From Phallusia mammillata (taxonomy: Eukaryota): a stretch of DNA of 64,000 nt. The notes beneath the pieces were generated by a model. It made no database searches and had not been told where the DNA came from. It was given only the letters and a program-made list of their open reading frames with translations. The stretch is taken from positions 8,184,001 through 8,248,000 of the forward strand of contig OZ281495.1 in the NCBI GenBank assembly GCA_965637545.1. The letters run 5' to 3'. A program made the translations under genes and the position numbers. Shown here in pieces: positions 1 to 11,500 of the stretch; the stretch's first letter is position 1, and each line of letters starts with the position of its first letter.

Positions 1-371
1 TAATTTGCTAATGTCCGAAATATTAAACGTACATCTCATCTTATCTATACCGGCGTGGGAAAATTTTTCTGAACTTAACAAAAACATTGTCAGAAATTTA
101 GAATCAGAATCAGATATTAGATACCGAACGTTGTTGAATTGGTATATTTTACTTACTTACTGCTAATACATACAATTGGTTTATGATTTATTATTTTTCA
201 TGTTTGTGTCATAAGTTTGTTTAGTGAAGATTAAAGAAGTATATTTTTGCCAATTTTTTGCATTGCAGTGTCTCGTGCTAAAATATTTTTTTGACTTTAA
301 ATACACCACAGTTCTTTTGACTTTAAATACACAGCATTTTTAATTTAATACTTGTCTATAAAACTGTTGCA

Positions 372-767
372 ATGCCTAAATACTTCTGTGACTACTGTGA
401 CACCTATCTCACTCACGATTCTCCATCGGTGAGGAAAACACACTGCTCAGGGCGCAAGCATAAGGAAAATGTGCGGACCTACTATCAAACTTGGATGGAA
501 GAACAGGCACAGGAGCTTATTGACAAAACAACACAAGCATTCCAGAAAGGAAAGATTGCCAACAACCCCTTTGGACCTGGAGCAGCTATTCCACCACCCA
601 TGATGGGACCAAATGGCCCGATGGGACCCATGCCAATGGGTGGGCCAATGATGCGAGGCCCTGGACCAATGATGGGTGGGCCTCAGATGATGCCCATGCG
701 GCCTATGGGCCCACCAATGATGGGTGGCCCGGTGATGATGATGGGACCGCGACCAGGCATGCAATGA
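372..767 (+). CDS. SNRPC: U1 snRNP protein C, single coding exon
   Basis: N-terminal matrin-type zinc finger [30 protein letters not shown] followed by a Met/Pro/Gly-rich tail; uninterrupted ORF. Confidence 0.97.
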   Translation: MPKYFCDYCDTYLTHDSPSVRKTHCSGRKHKENVRTYYQTWMEEQAQELIDKTTQAFQKGKIANNPFGPGAAIPPPMMGPNGPMGPMPMGGPMMRGPGPMMGGPQMMPMRPMGPPMMGGPVMMMGPRPGMQ

Positions 768-970
768 TTGAATGTACCTGAAAAGGATTTTTCTATTGTT
801 GATGTACTGATAAACTTGACTGATTGAGTGCAAGGAAAGCATTATCTCTCTCACTAAGGACTTGAAAATCATATTTGTTGTACTTCTTGTGGGTGTTTTT
901 ATGTCATTCTAAAAAATCACAATTTGTTAGTGAAACAATGATTCAATCACTTGTGTTTACTGTTACGTAT

Positions 971-1001
971 GTTTTTATTTTAGGATTTTATATTCAATTA
1001 G
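971..1001 (+). promoter_or_regulatory. Candidate unpaired splice acceptor(s) upstream of RIOK1 ATG (possible SL trans-splice site)
   Basis: gtttttattttAG (AG 982-983) and ttcaattAG (AG 1000-1001) lie 24-42 nt before the ATG at 1025. Confidence 0.45.
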
Positions 1002-1024
1002 GGTTGAGAAACATTGTCTGTGTG

Positions 1025-2572
1025 ATGGAGGTTGTTTCTGGACAGTTTGATGATGCTGACGAAGACAAAGATTTTCACAATCAAGTCACAAACAAAAAAT
1101 TCAAAAGGGTTTCCTTTGATTGTGTACTTAAAGATGGAAACCTTGAAGAAACTGATGAAGTAGATGATTTTCAGGAAGATGACTTGGATATTTTGGAGGA
1201 CCAGTTGTTACAAAATGAGGAAAGTGGACAAAATAACAACTTTCAACCGAACAGCAAAGCGCTGTCCAAGTATGAAAACAAAATAAAACTGGATAAGTAC
1301 AGTCAGTCATACCAAAACAGCATGGATAAAAGAAAGGTCACTGGTGGTCAAAGAGTAAGGGATAAATCAGACCGTGCTACTATTGAACAGGTTCTGGATC
1401 CAAGAACTAGGATTATTTTGTTTAAAATGCTTAGTCGTAATGTGATCAGCGAAATTAACGGAGTTATCAGCACTGGTAAAGAAGCAAATGTTTATCATGC
1501 CACAACTGCCAATGGAGACCATCGTGCTATAAAAATCTACAAAACATCAATTTTGACATTTAAAGATCGAGACAGATACGTAAGTGGAGAGTTCAGATTT
1601 CGTCGTGGATACTGCAAAGGAAATCCAAGGAAGATGGTAGCAACATGGGCGGAAAAGGAAACCAGAAATTTGACTAGGCTTTGTAATGCTGGTGTTAGTT
1701 GCCCAACACCATACCTGCTTAGAAGCCATGTATTAGTGATGGATTTTATTGGTAGTGAGGGTTGGCCTGCTCCTCTACTGAAAGACACAGATTTGTCAGA
1801 GTCCAAATACAGAGAACTGTATCTTGAATGCATTCTACTAATCCGGCAAATCTACAATGAATGTCGCCTTGTCCATGGTGACTTAAGTGAATTTAATCTG
1901 TTGTATCATGAAGGACATTTAGTTGTTATTGATGTTTCCCAATCTGTTGAGCATGACCATCCAAGAGCGCTAGACTTTTTACGAAAAGACTGCACCAATA
2001 TAAATGAATACTTTAGGAAAAAGGGAGTGCCATCTATGAGCTTACGAGAACTGTTCAACTTTGTCACTGATGTTACTATTAACAACTCTAACATTGATGA
2101 ATATCTGCAGAAAGCCATGGAAATAGCAGCTAACCGCCCAAATGATGAGCAAGAAAATACCAATGATGATGCTGTATTCGGAAAAAGCTTTATTCCTCAA
2201 AGACTTGATGAAGTTAAGCACTTTGAAAGGGATGTGAAGAATGCCAAACAAGGAAACACGGAGGTCCTATATCAAACTATAACAGGCATGAATACCACTT
2301 TATCTGGTCCTCGGGAAATGCCGGACATGTTGCAAGAAAGTGAGTCTGATTCAGACTCTGATGATAGTGATTGTACTGATGGTTCAGAAGAGTTTGATAG
2401 AAGGACAAGACCCAAGAATATTGTGATTTCAACCAGGACTATGACCAAAGAAGAAAAAAAAGAGCACAAGAAACAAGTTAAAATTGAAAACAGGGAAAGA
2501 CGGTTGGACAAAACACCAAAACATATTAAAAAGCGCCGAGACAAATTGGCGCATGCTAAAAGATCAAAATGA
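1025..2572 (+). CDS. RIOK1: RIO kinase 1, single coding exon
   Basis: RIO kinase motifs (ISTGKEANVYHA, LVHGDLSEFN, IDVSQSVE), acidic patch and basic C-terminus. The ATG at 1025 gives MEVVSGQFDDAD, which contains the PRMT5-binding motif GQFDDAD. The track start at 875 adds non-homologous residues. Confidence 0.95.
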   Translation: MEVVSGQFDDADEDKDFHNQVTNKKFKRVSFDCVLKDGNLEETDEVDDFQEDDLDILEDQLLQNEESGQNNNFQPNSKALSKYENKIKLDKYSQSYQNSMDKRKVTGGQRVRDKSDRATIEQVLDPRTRIILFKMLSRNVISEINGVISTGKEANVYHATTANGDHRAIKIYKTSILTFKDRDRYVSGEFRFRRGYCKGNPRKMVATWAEKETRNLTRLCNAGVSCPTPYLLRSHVLVMDFIGSEGWPAPLLKDTDLSESKYRELYLECILLIRQIYNECRLVHGDLSEFNLLYHEGHLVVIDVSQSVEHDHPRALDFLRKDCTNINEYFRKKGVPSMSLRELFNFVTDVTINNSNIDEYLQKAMEIAANRPNDEQENTNDDAVFGKSFIPQRLDEVKHFERDVKNAKQGNTEVLYQTITGMNTTLSGPREMPDMLQESESDSDSDDSDCTDGSEEFDRRTRPKNIVISTRTMTKEEKKEHKKQVKIENRERRLDKTPKHIKKRRDKLAHAKRSK

Positions 2573-2790
2573 AATTGTTGTTTGTTGTTGTGCCTACAGT
2601 GCTAACAGCTATTGGTTTGGGTATTGAGCTAAAATGATAAATTAATAATCAAAGTGCCAAGCATCTTCATACACATTTGCAGAAAAATATTTAATGAATT
2701 GTTTGATATTTAAATTTTAAACATCATGTGCAATGAGCACCTAGGTGGAACAGTTAAATAACCATGTTATTTATCATAATAGAAACTAGG

Positions 2791-2806
2791 TTTAATAACT
2801 TAATAG
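2791..2806 (+). promoter_or_regulatory. Candidate trans-splice acceptor upstream of TADA3 ATG
   Basis: tttaataacttaatAG|gcaataATG, with AG at 2805-2806. Confidence 0.45.
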
Positions 2807-2812
2807 GCAATA

Positions 2813-5800
2813 ATGGGTGACAGTAAAGAAGGACTAAACTTTCCGGATCTAGCTCCTGTTGATCATGCTAGGCACTGTCCAACATACACCAATAGTAAGT
2901 TTCATTGACAATATTACTCTAGTTTTTCTGGCAATTTTAATGCACCATGAACAGTTTGTCAAAAAATTGTTTACTTATGCCAGTGGGTTCCCAGCCTTTT
3001 TTGAAAAATTCCTCTCTAATATATTACGTAGTAGATGCTAAACCAGGGGTGCCCAACCCGTCGATCGCGATCTACTGGTCGATCTCGAACTGATCTCAAG
3101 TCGATCGCGAGGGTTGCAGAAAATTATTTAAAATAGTTGCTTTGTAGCGCGTTGCTGTATATAGATGACTTGATTGTGTGAATTAATCATAAGGATATGT
3201 TAATAAGTTCATAAGTAGGCGCTTTGTTATGTTACAAAAGTAATAGTTGCAGTAGTAATTGTTACTTAGTGCTGGTACTCGCTATGTCTTTGCTAATTTC
3301 TATTGGAATGGTAGATCTCGAGAGTTGAACTACCTCAAAAGTCGATCGCGAGTCAAAAAAGGTTGGGCACCCCTGTGCTAAACCGTACAAAGATTATTTA
3401 AAATTGGGGTTTTTCTTAAATTCGCAGGTTAAAATCTAAGAGCTCAAGGGTCAATTTTCCAATAACATGTAAAAAAGTTATTTCTTCCCCTCAAGTTTAA
3501 AAATTCCTTCCTTGTGAGGAATTCCTCCCTGGTTGGGAACCACTGGCTTATGCATTTTGCTTTTCACAAATGGTTTTCATAGACATTAAAGTGAGCCAAC
3601 GTTTTTTGTCATTTAAAGTTATTAATCGACGTGGAGATGAAATGGTGCAAATGGATGAAATGGACAGTCTGCAAATGGATTTGGAAACTTTGCTTGTGGC
3701 CGCAACCAGACGGATGCGACAGTTGACGTCCGAAATTCAAATGCTGAGTGATGGCCAAGAAGGAAAACGAGACAAAAAGGTCTAAAAAAAATTTTGGGAT
3801 TTTTGTATTGATTCATACAGACAAGAAAAGATGATATTACTTCTAAAAAAGTATATTAACTTCAGTGCTCTCAATTGTAGCTTGGGTTTTATTTCATCTG
3901 TTGCATTTTTTAAAACTAAACTTTGCAGAAAGAACAGGAGCTAAAACGATCAAAACCTTCTGATGAAAGACCAACCAAAAAAATCAAGTCAGACTCTCCA
4001 GCACATCCCAAATATTTCCCTGGTAGCTCTTCAAGTAGTTCAACAGGAAGATCTAAAGCAAAAACAGCGATGGTAAGAGATGGAACTTGTTTTTATACTG
4101 GTGTGTAGAAGTTAAATTAAATTGTTAGGTCAAATTTTTACTTCTGAAAATCAATTCTTGAGTGAGCAGTGGAGCCCAATCAGTATTTTGCATTTAGTTA
4201 TGTGATGCGACCATGAATTATATTAAACCAGTGTTCAGTCTATTAAATGTTGCAGTTGTTGAACTTCAAGCCACTTAAACATTCATACTGAGCTGCGATA
4301 ACATTACAAACATTCCATGTCGTATTTATTAGGGATGGGCCAAAACAGCAAATATTTTGTTGAGCATGCTCGGTGCATTATGACGTCACAATCATTCCCT
4401 ATTACACGCTAGTTTTGTAGCTTTTCAATGTCCCTTACATAACCAGCAGTGTATTAAGCTGTACAGGCCCCCGAAGTAAGCGTTTTCCACCATCTAACGG
4501 TCAATTTTGTTCTTGGACACCCTTTCAAACACCAGTTTCATATGTTAGCATGGCATGAATTTGCAAATTTAATGCTCAGGTCAGTTTGTGCAACTGCTCG
4601 ACTGAGCGCCGAGCATTAAAACGGCGATGGTCTGTACTGAGTACTCAGGTTCTGGCTTGGCTCGGCCCATCCCTAGTGTTTATACATAAACAAAGTGTAC
4701 TGTAAGTCAGGGATGGGCCGAGCCGTGCCAGAACCCGAGTACTCGGTACCGAGCATCGCTACAAACTGACCCGAGCATTAAATTTGCATATTCACGCCCT
4801 GCTAACATATGTAACTAGTGTTCTAAACGGTGTCTATGAACAAAAACGAATGATTTTTCAAATGCACTAGATGGTGAAAAACGCGTATTTTATTGGCATG
4901 TACAGCTTAATAAAACACCGCCGGTGACGTAAGAGGCCTTGTAGAGCTAAAACGTAGAAAGGGGATTTTTTGTGATGTCATAATGCACCAAGCGTGCTCA
5001 GCCGAGCACCGATCATTAAAGTGAGATGCTCGATGCTCGACCAAACAGTACATTTGCAGTTTTGGCACATCCCTACTGTAAGTTGCATGTGGTATTTAAA
5101 TACCTAACTAAACCAGTTTATTTTTAGCCAAAAGCACTGGAATATGATATGTTGGATGATACTCAACCCCAGCAAACGTCTCGTATTCCAGTTAATGACG
5201 CTCCCAACAGATTCTGGCAATCCATTGAACCTTACTGCACACCCGTCACTACTGATAATGTCAGACTGCTAGAGAAATTGTGCCAGACACAATTACAACC
5301 CGATGACGAATATTACAAGGTATGTTGTGTTAGGCAGAAGATAAAACCTGGATTATACACTACTAGAAGTACTAACTTCTGGACAAGTTGTTGGTTATTT
5401 CTAGACAATACTAAAGTATCTGCAATTTCCCCTCCCAATGTCTTAATTTACTCAATTTAATAACGAAAAAAGGAGCATATCACCAATTTGACACAATTTA
5501 TTGTTAAGCGTCAAGACTGCTTGGTGAAAAATATATTACATGAAACATAGTTCACAATACTGAGTAAAAGCATAAGAACATATCACTGCAATTTACGGAT
5601 ATTTCTTCTGGCTATATATATTTGTGTTTTTTAGATTTGAAATGTCATTTTGCATTTGTATGGAATAATCCCCAAATTAAATCATTCACACATACAACGT
5701 TTATAAGCCTACCTGATGATTACACAAATCTACAAAAAAACACACACTTAACCTCACATTTTGCTGGCATTTGAATATTTTAGATTCCAGAATTAGGAGT

Positions 5801-8544
5801 TCATTTTAGTCAGCGGTGGGCGCTAGAGGACATGCGAGAGGAAAAGAGTGAGGGGAGTCGGGCGATTGGGAAAACATTTGAAAAGCAAGATGGAAATGTG
5901 GAGGGCATTTTGAAAAAAGCAGCGGATACTCTGTAAGAAAAATGCAGTGCTTACATTGAGTAGCTTCATTGTGATAATTAATGTTGCTTGGAGGCGGAAT
6001 GTTATGTTGTCTGCCTTGAATCAATGATATGGGTATTGTGTTAATAGGATTGGTCAAAAACTGCAAATGTTCTGTTTGGTAGAGTATCGAGCATCTTATT
6101 TTAATGTTCAGTGTTCAGCTAAGTATTCTCAGTAATCTGTGATTTCCCAATTCCATGCTAGTTTTGAATGACACCAACAGTGTAATAAGTTGAACAGGCC
6201 CAAGAAGTATGTGTTTTTCACTATTTTACCCACTTAACAAGACAGTTTTGTGTTGTATGTCAGCACGGCATGAAAATGCAAATTAAATGCTCAGGTCAGT
6301 TTGTGTAACTGCTTCGCTGAGTACTGAGTATCAAAAACGGCGATGCTCTGTACTAAGTACTCGGGTCCTAATTTGACTTGGCCCATGCATAGTGTTTAAT
6401 GAATCTTCAGGAAAAACAAAAAATGCAATCTACACACCACTGATTGTTTTGTCATACACGATGATTTTAAGCATGTGTTTTGTGGTTTGTAGAGAGAGTT
6501 CTGATCCATGTCCATTTGGTTCATTGACACAGCGACTAATCTCAGCTTTTGTTGAAGAAAATATGATGGTTCCACCAGACCAGGCTGCCAGTATGTTGGA
6601 GTCAGGTATGTTTCATTGATTATTACAACAACAAAAAAGCTCCAACATAAACCTGCATTGCTTCAGTTTATCTTTTTATCAATCTATTTACTGTACCGCC
6701 AAATCTATTTAGGTTGTTAATTTCAAACTACTCCCCTCATTTCACAATGATTATGGTTAAGGCACTGATGATAGTTCATTAACTTTGTTATGCCATTTAG
6801 AAGTGGTCAGTATTAAAGACATTGCCTCAACATGTAGCCAAAACGGTGGTAATTTTGAGAGCCACTGTTACAGAAATTTCTGTTACCAACTTTACCACAC
6901 TTATAGGAATGGCAGTATATCAAAATAAAATGTTATGGAACACTGCTATCAAATATTAGAACAAGAGTGTAAAAATACTGCCCTGGACTCGAGTGTATAA
7001 CTATGGAAAAAATGAAACACTAGGGAAGAGTTGAAAAAAAGTTTATCGAACATGATGTTTTGCCATTTTATCTTGTTGTAAGCGATAAAGTGACAAGTCA
7101 AAATTGGTTGACAATTTTTTGTTTACAATTTATTAAACATTCCCAGGAAAACATGGAAGTAGCGGAAACACAGTGACTGGTGGAACAGATAAAATGTCCA
7201 ACAGCATCAAAATTACAAAATCTTTGTCCCACACTCATAAACTTGAATCAAGAATAAGAATGGAATTAATTGAGCAAGGTCGGTTGTTTACCCTTTTTTG
7301 AACCATTAACTATAAACCACTGCAGTTTCGGTGTGCCCTAAATTTAGTCGCTTTGTTAATATTTCGAAGACTATTTTAACAATTTTTTGCCAATACTTTT
7401 CAAAAATTACAGAGGCATCCAAAATTGTATGTTTTAAGTCTGGATTTTATGTGCAGAAAACTTCTTGCAGTCAAGTGGACAAAAATTAAGGTTTTTGCAA
7501 AAACTGTTTGCTTATAACCTCAGTTAAACCGTATTCAGTTAGTGCGCTTCTGACAAAACTTGAGGTACAATTGATTTTTAATGTGGTAAGGCCTGAACTA
7601 ATAGACACCAGGATCACCAGGATCTTCGCCTAAGACATATTTTTTCGTACAAACGGGTCCTTGTTAACCAAGTTATACAGTACTGTATATCTTTAAAGTG
7701 AAACCCATGTAAATCCTTTCAACAAAAAACAAACAGTTTTCCATTGAAGGAATTAGTTTTTTTATCATACTGTTTAGGAATTCTGGAACCTGAAACCACA
7801 GACTCGAAGAAAGAAGACGAAGTTTTGAAAGAGCTTGTAAGAAGTCAGCAGGAGTTAAAAGCTGTGAGCAGTCGGAATCGAGATGTCCTTCAGCAACTTC
7901 TCCAAGTTGCACAGGAGGAACTGAAGAAGCAAGAAGTGAAAAGAAAGATTGATTCCCTCAACACTGAAGTAAGATGTGAAATTTTATGGTAATGGAAGTG
8001 ATTGACAAAACAACAATTTGTAATTGGAAAAGCACTATAGTGGTGTTATAAAAAAATTTCTTAACTGATTACTGGTCAATATGGCAATCTCCTACTACGA
8101 GGCTGACATGCACAACATACAAGGCAAGCAATGGTGCTTGTGAGTTGGTAGAGCGCATGTCCCGGAAAGACTCCTGTCGTGCATTTAAGACACCTTGCCA
8201 TATGGGAATGCTTGGTGGCTGGCTGATTTGGTACAATGCCATCAAATGGACATATTATGATCTATAAAAAAATATTTCTGTTGTTTTATCATTACCAATA
8301 CAGTGCACATAGATAGTTTTACATGTGTGCATATCATGCAAATCCCTTGAAAAATTAAAATGACCCATCAGGCCAATATTATAAACCCTTTGCTCAGCTG
8401 TCACTATGTTATCTTCAGGTGATGGAACACTACAGAAGAGTAATGGCGGCAAGGCAGAAAAAACGCACACTCATGAAAAAGGAAAAGGAAGCTGCATGGA
8501 AAGCACTGCGTGACCGAGACGCTCTTATCAAACAATTAGAGTGA
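2813..8544 (+). CDS. TADA3: Transcriptional adaptor 3 (SAGA/ATAC), 9 coding exons
   Basis: Exons 2813-2894, 3619-3779, 3929-4072, 5128-5319, 5784-5932, 6493-6605, 7147-7278, 7778-7968, 8419-8544, all GT-AG and in phase. Peptides match ADA3: VDHARHCPTY, DSLQMDLETLL, NDAPNRFWQSIEPYC, CPFGSLTQRLISAFVEEN, LESRIRMELIEQG, EDEVLKEL, AWKALRDRDALIKQLE*. Confidence 0.93.
2981..3545. mobile_element. Older hAT-type MITE interrupted by a younger insertion (TADA3 intron 1)
   Basis: Termini cagtgggttccca...tgggaaccactg; flanks acttatgc / gcttatgc (7/8 match, 8-bp TSD). Confidence 0.7.
3044..3375. mobile_element. hAT (Charlie-like) MITE nested in the 2981-3545 element
   Basis: TIR caggggtgcccaacc...ggttgggcacccctg; perfect 8-bp TSD tgctaaac. 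Confidence 0.9.
4330..4675 (+). mobile_element. hAT MITE family A, copy 1 (TAGGGATGGGC termini)
   Basis: tagggatgggcc...ggcccatcccta; flanks gtatttat / gtgtttat (7/8 TSD). Confidence 0.85.
4708..5075 (-). mobile_element. hAT MITE family A, copy 2, inverted relative to copy 1
   Basis: cagggatgggcc...ggcacatcccta; perfect 8-bp TSD ctgtaagt; interior is the reverse complement of 4330-4675. Confidence 0.88.
6045..6391 (+). mobile_element. hAT MITE family A, degenerate copy
   Basis: Shares internal blocks (atgctcaggtcagtttgtg, aaaaacggcgatg, gtactcggg) and decayed termini with 4330-4675. Confidence 0.7.
7512..7688 (+). mobile_element. Degenerate copy of the Tc1/pogo-type MITE at 11017-11168
   Basis: Shared acctcagtta.ccgtat, aatgtggtaaggc, acgggtc...ttaaccaag blocks. 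Confidence 0.6.
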
Positions 8545-9016
8545 AAACTGCACACAACACTTGCTGTTACATCCCAATATCTGTGCTAGCTCTGTTTTAT
8601 GAAACAGTTTCAGAGGTCCACAATATATTTGCCACAAGTTGGATTGCCAGAAGAAAAATGTCGTTAAGAGATGTTTGTATTTTGTCAAAATCACTGCATT
8701 GCCCTAAATGCGCTGGTGTGATACAGCTGTTGGTCCTGTTTTTTGTGCCTTCAACAGTTTACTTTCAAGGAGAAACGCACATCAGAAATTTCAATACTTT
8801 AATGTAATTTTGGCCGTTAATATTTTTTGCTTAAAAATTCACAGCATTTAAAAGTTTTTTGATTTAATTCAAACTTTTTTGTTACTTAACCCTTTCACCG
8901 TTTTTTTTTTTTTGTTGGTTTACAATCTGAAAAACCGGGATTCTACCAATATCATATCTTTTTCGCTTGTTTTTGTGCAATCAAATCAGTTTTGTTTGAA
9001 TATTTTTTTGCAAATG

Positions 9017-9067
9017 TTGTTTTTCAGGAACAACAATGTTGCATATGTATGAATGATAACATTTTAG
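9017..9067 (+). promoter_or_regulatory. Candidate trans-splice acceptor(s) upstream of MRPS2 ATG
   Basis: tgtttttcAG (~9027) and acattttAG|ctagttgagtaATG (AG 9066-9067), preceded by a very T-rich stretch. Confidence 0.45.
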
Positions 9068-9078
9068 CTAGTTGAGTA

Positions 9079-11340
9079 ATGACACACTGTATGAAAATAT
9101 GGAACGGCGGAAAAACAGCATGGAATGTTTACCGGTCCATCCAAGCACCACTAACAAAAACTCATAACAATTTTTGCACACCAACAACAAACCTTCACAT
9201 CAGCTGCTTGAAACCTGCTCAGAGCCACAGAAAATACTCCACTGCAGAAAATGTGGCACAAGATGCCAAGACACAGAACAGGGAAATAAGTGCTTTGGAG
9301 TTGGAGCATCTTCTTGAGCAACCTTTGAAACATGAGGATTTTTTTGGAGTCAAGGATCTTGTTACGGTGGAGGATCTTTTCAAAGCCCGAGTTCATTATG
9401 GCCACAAACTGGGTTCTCGTAATGAGTAAGTTTATGTTTCGTGAATTGTTAAAAATTTCTTGTATAAAAAGGTTACTCAATGCATATGCATTAGACCAGT
9501 GGTTTTAAGCAAAGGGCAATTTGGCATTGAGGTAACAAATATGTCGACTTTAAATGGAAAACAGTGACAAGGGAAACTTGGTCATATATCTATTGAAACA
9601 AATAATACAAGCAAACTGGTGAAAAAAAAAGAAAATTACACAAAAAAGTTTAAGGAACACCTCATCGAACCAAAGTTTTTGAAATTTTTAATTATTTCCC
9701 CCATAGTCAGTACTACCATAACAGACTGCAACTATTTTTCAATCAGTATAAATGCATATAGATAACCTAATTTAGTAGAATTAATTAGGAAATAAAAAAA
9801 ACTGTAATTTTGACTGATCTATGATGTACACTTTTTGTGTTACCCCTATTCAAAAAAGATATAAACAACTTTTATGACATTTTTGCAGAAATATGAAGGA
9901 GTACCTTTTCGGTTGTCGCTTGGATGTCGACATTTTTGATCTTGACAAAACTATTGTTCATATGCACACAGCACTAAACTTTCTAGCACACATGGCTTTC
10001 AGAGAAGCAATCATACTTTTTATCACTAAAAATCCAATTTATGCACACAAAGTCGAAACTATGGCGAAAGAGTGTGGTCAATATGCACAAACTCGCTTTT
10101 GGCATAATGGCTGTTTTACTAATACAGAATCTGTGGTGAGTATCAGATATACATTAAATCTATATTACCCTACCAATTTACACAATGATCAAAAGCTGCT
10201 AGTTTTTTGTCCACTTACCAACTCATTAAATGATAGTGATTAACTTCAGGAATGGGTCAAAGTAGCAAGTATTATCTTATGCTAAACACTCAGCATGCTT
10301 AAGGGTATTTTAATACAGACTGGGTGACGTCAATATGCATGTTTAAGCACTTACATTCTGCAAAACTTTTTTTAAATTAAATTTCCCCTTGTAAAATTTT
10401 TTTTTTCTTTTAAGCATTTATTTTGTTATTGACAAAAAGTAACATTTTAGATTTTGGTTCAGATTCAAGCCTAATGCACCAAACAATAGTTATGTTAAAA
10501 GGTCCTCTTGGTGCTTTAAACATTTAAAAATATACCAGTCTTGCCACATTGTATAGGTTTTTGGCAACATTCTGTGTTTTACATAATCCTATTAATGGTT
10601 GAAACAACATGGTCTCAAAGTGGTTTAAAAAGATTTTTTCCACTCGCATTGTTTACAGTTTAACACTTTTACATGGAAATTGCGACTACCAGATGTGTGT
10701 GTTTTTCTGTCTTTGGACGATCGCGTTAATTCACAACACGAGGCTATCAATGAAGCTGCCAAAATGGGCATATCAACTGTGGGTGTTGTGGACAGTAACG
10801 TTAATCCAACCCTTATAACATATCCTATTCCTGGCAATGATGATTCGATCCCATCTGCTGAACTGTACTGCAGGTAAAGAGGCTAAACTAAACACAAAGT
10901 AACAGTAGTTTTGGCTGAAAACTGTAGAGCTTGCAGCATAAACCAGTTTGCTTTGTCATGATAATAAGCACATGTTGCTTAAACTTTGGATTTGTCGAAT
11001 TGAAATACCTCAGTTACAGTATACCTCAGTTAATCCGTATCTTCACCTAATTCGGACAAAATTTGAGGTCCGAATGATTTGTAATGTGGTAAGGCTTAAC
11101 TAATCGACATCGGTTGATCCAGAAAAATTTTATAGTCCATACGGGTCTGGATTAACCAAGGTTTACTGTATAACTAATTTTTCGTTACTGGGATACTTTT
11201 TAAAATCGTGGTTAACGAAAGAAAGCTTTGTATCCTGTATGTTTCAACTTAAGTTTTTTAGGTTGTTCAAAACTGCCATTTTGCGAGGAAAAGAAAAGCG
11301 CGCTGAAATGGAAGCTGAATTGTTGAAAGAAAATGTATGA
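9079..11340 (+). CDS. MRPS2: Mitochondrial ribosomal protein S2, 4 coding exons
   Basis: Exons 9079-9425, 9889-10135, 10659-10873, 11262-11340. uS2 motifs [53 protein letters not shown]. The N-terminus resembles a presequence. Confidence 0.93.
11017..11168. mobile_element. Tc1/mariner (pogo/Tigger-type) MITE in MRPS2 intron 3
   Basis: TA|cagtatacctcagttaatcc...ggattaaccaaggtttactg|TA. Confidence 0.75.
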
Positions 11341-11373
11341 CATCATTTGTGTGCGTGTCAAGGAATTTTCAGA

Positions 11374-11379
11374 AATAAA
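11374..11379 (+). terminator. Polyadenylation signal AATAAA downstream of MRPS2
   Basis: AATAAA 33 nt after the MRPS2 stop codon. Confidence 0.55.
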
Positions 11380-11500
11380 TTTGTTTTTCAAAACAGGTCT
11401 TTTATGACAGTACCGTACCGGCATGTGCATAAAATACAGCAATTCATACAAAAAATGAAAAAATAATTGCAGCTTTTATAAAAATCAACATCTTTTACAT

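Noticed and set aside
447-872. 141-aa His/Trp-rich minus-strand ORF
   Set aside because: Antisense shadow of the Met/Pro/Gly-rich U1-C coding sequence.
875-1024. N-terminal extension of RIOK1 in the ORF track
   Set aside because: Begins at a non-ATG codon, is T-rich and non-homologous, and spans the candidate acceptor; the conserved GQFDDAD motif follows the ATG at 1025.
8075-8245. Possible H/ACA snoRNA or SINE remnant in TADA3 intron 8 (tggtagagc A-box-like word, terminal ACA)
   Set aside because: No B box, no convincing H box and no two-hairpin fold by eye.
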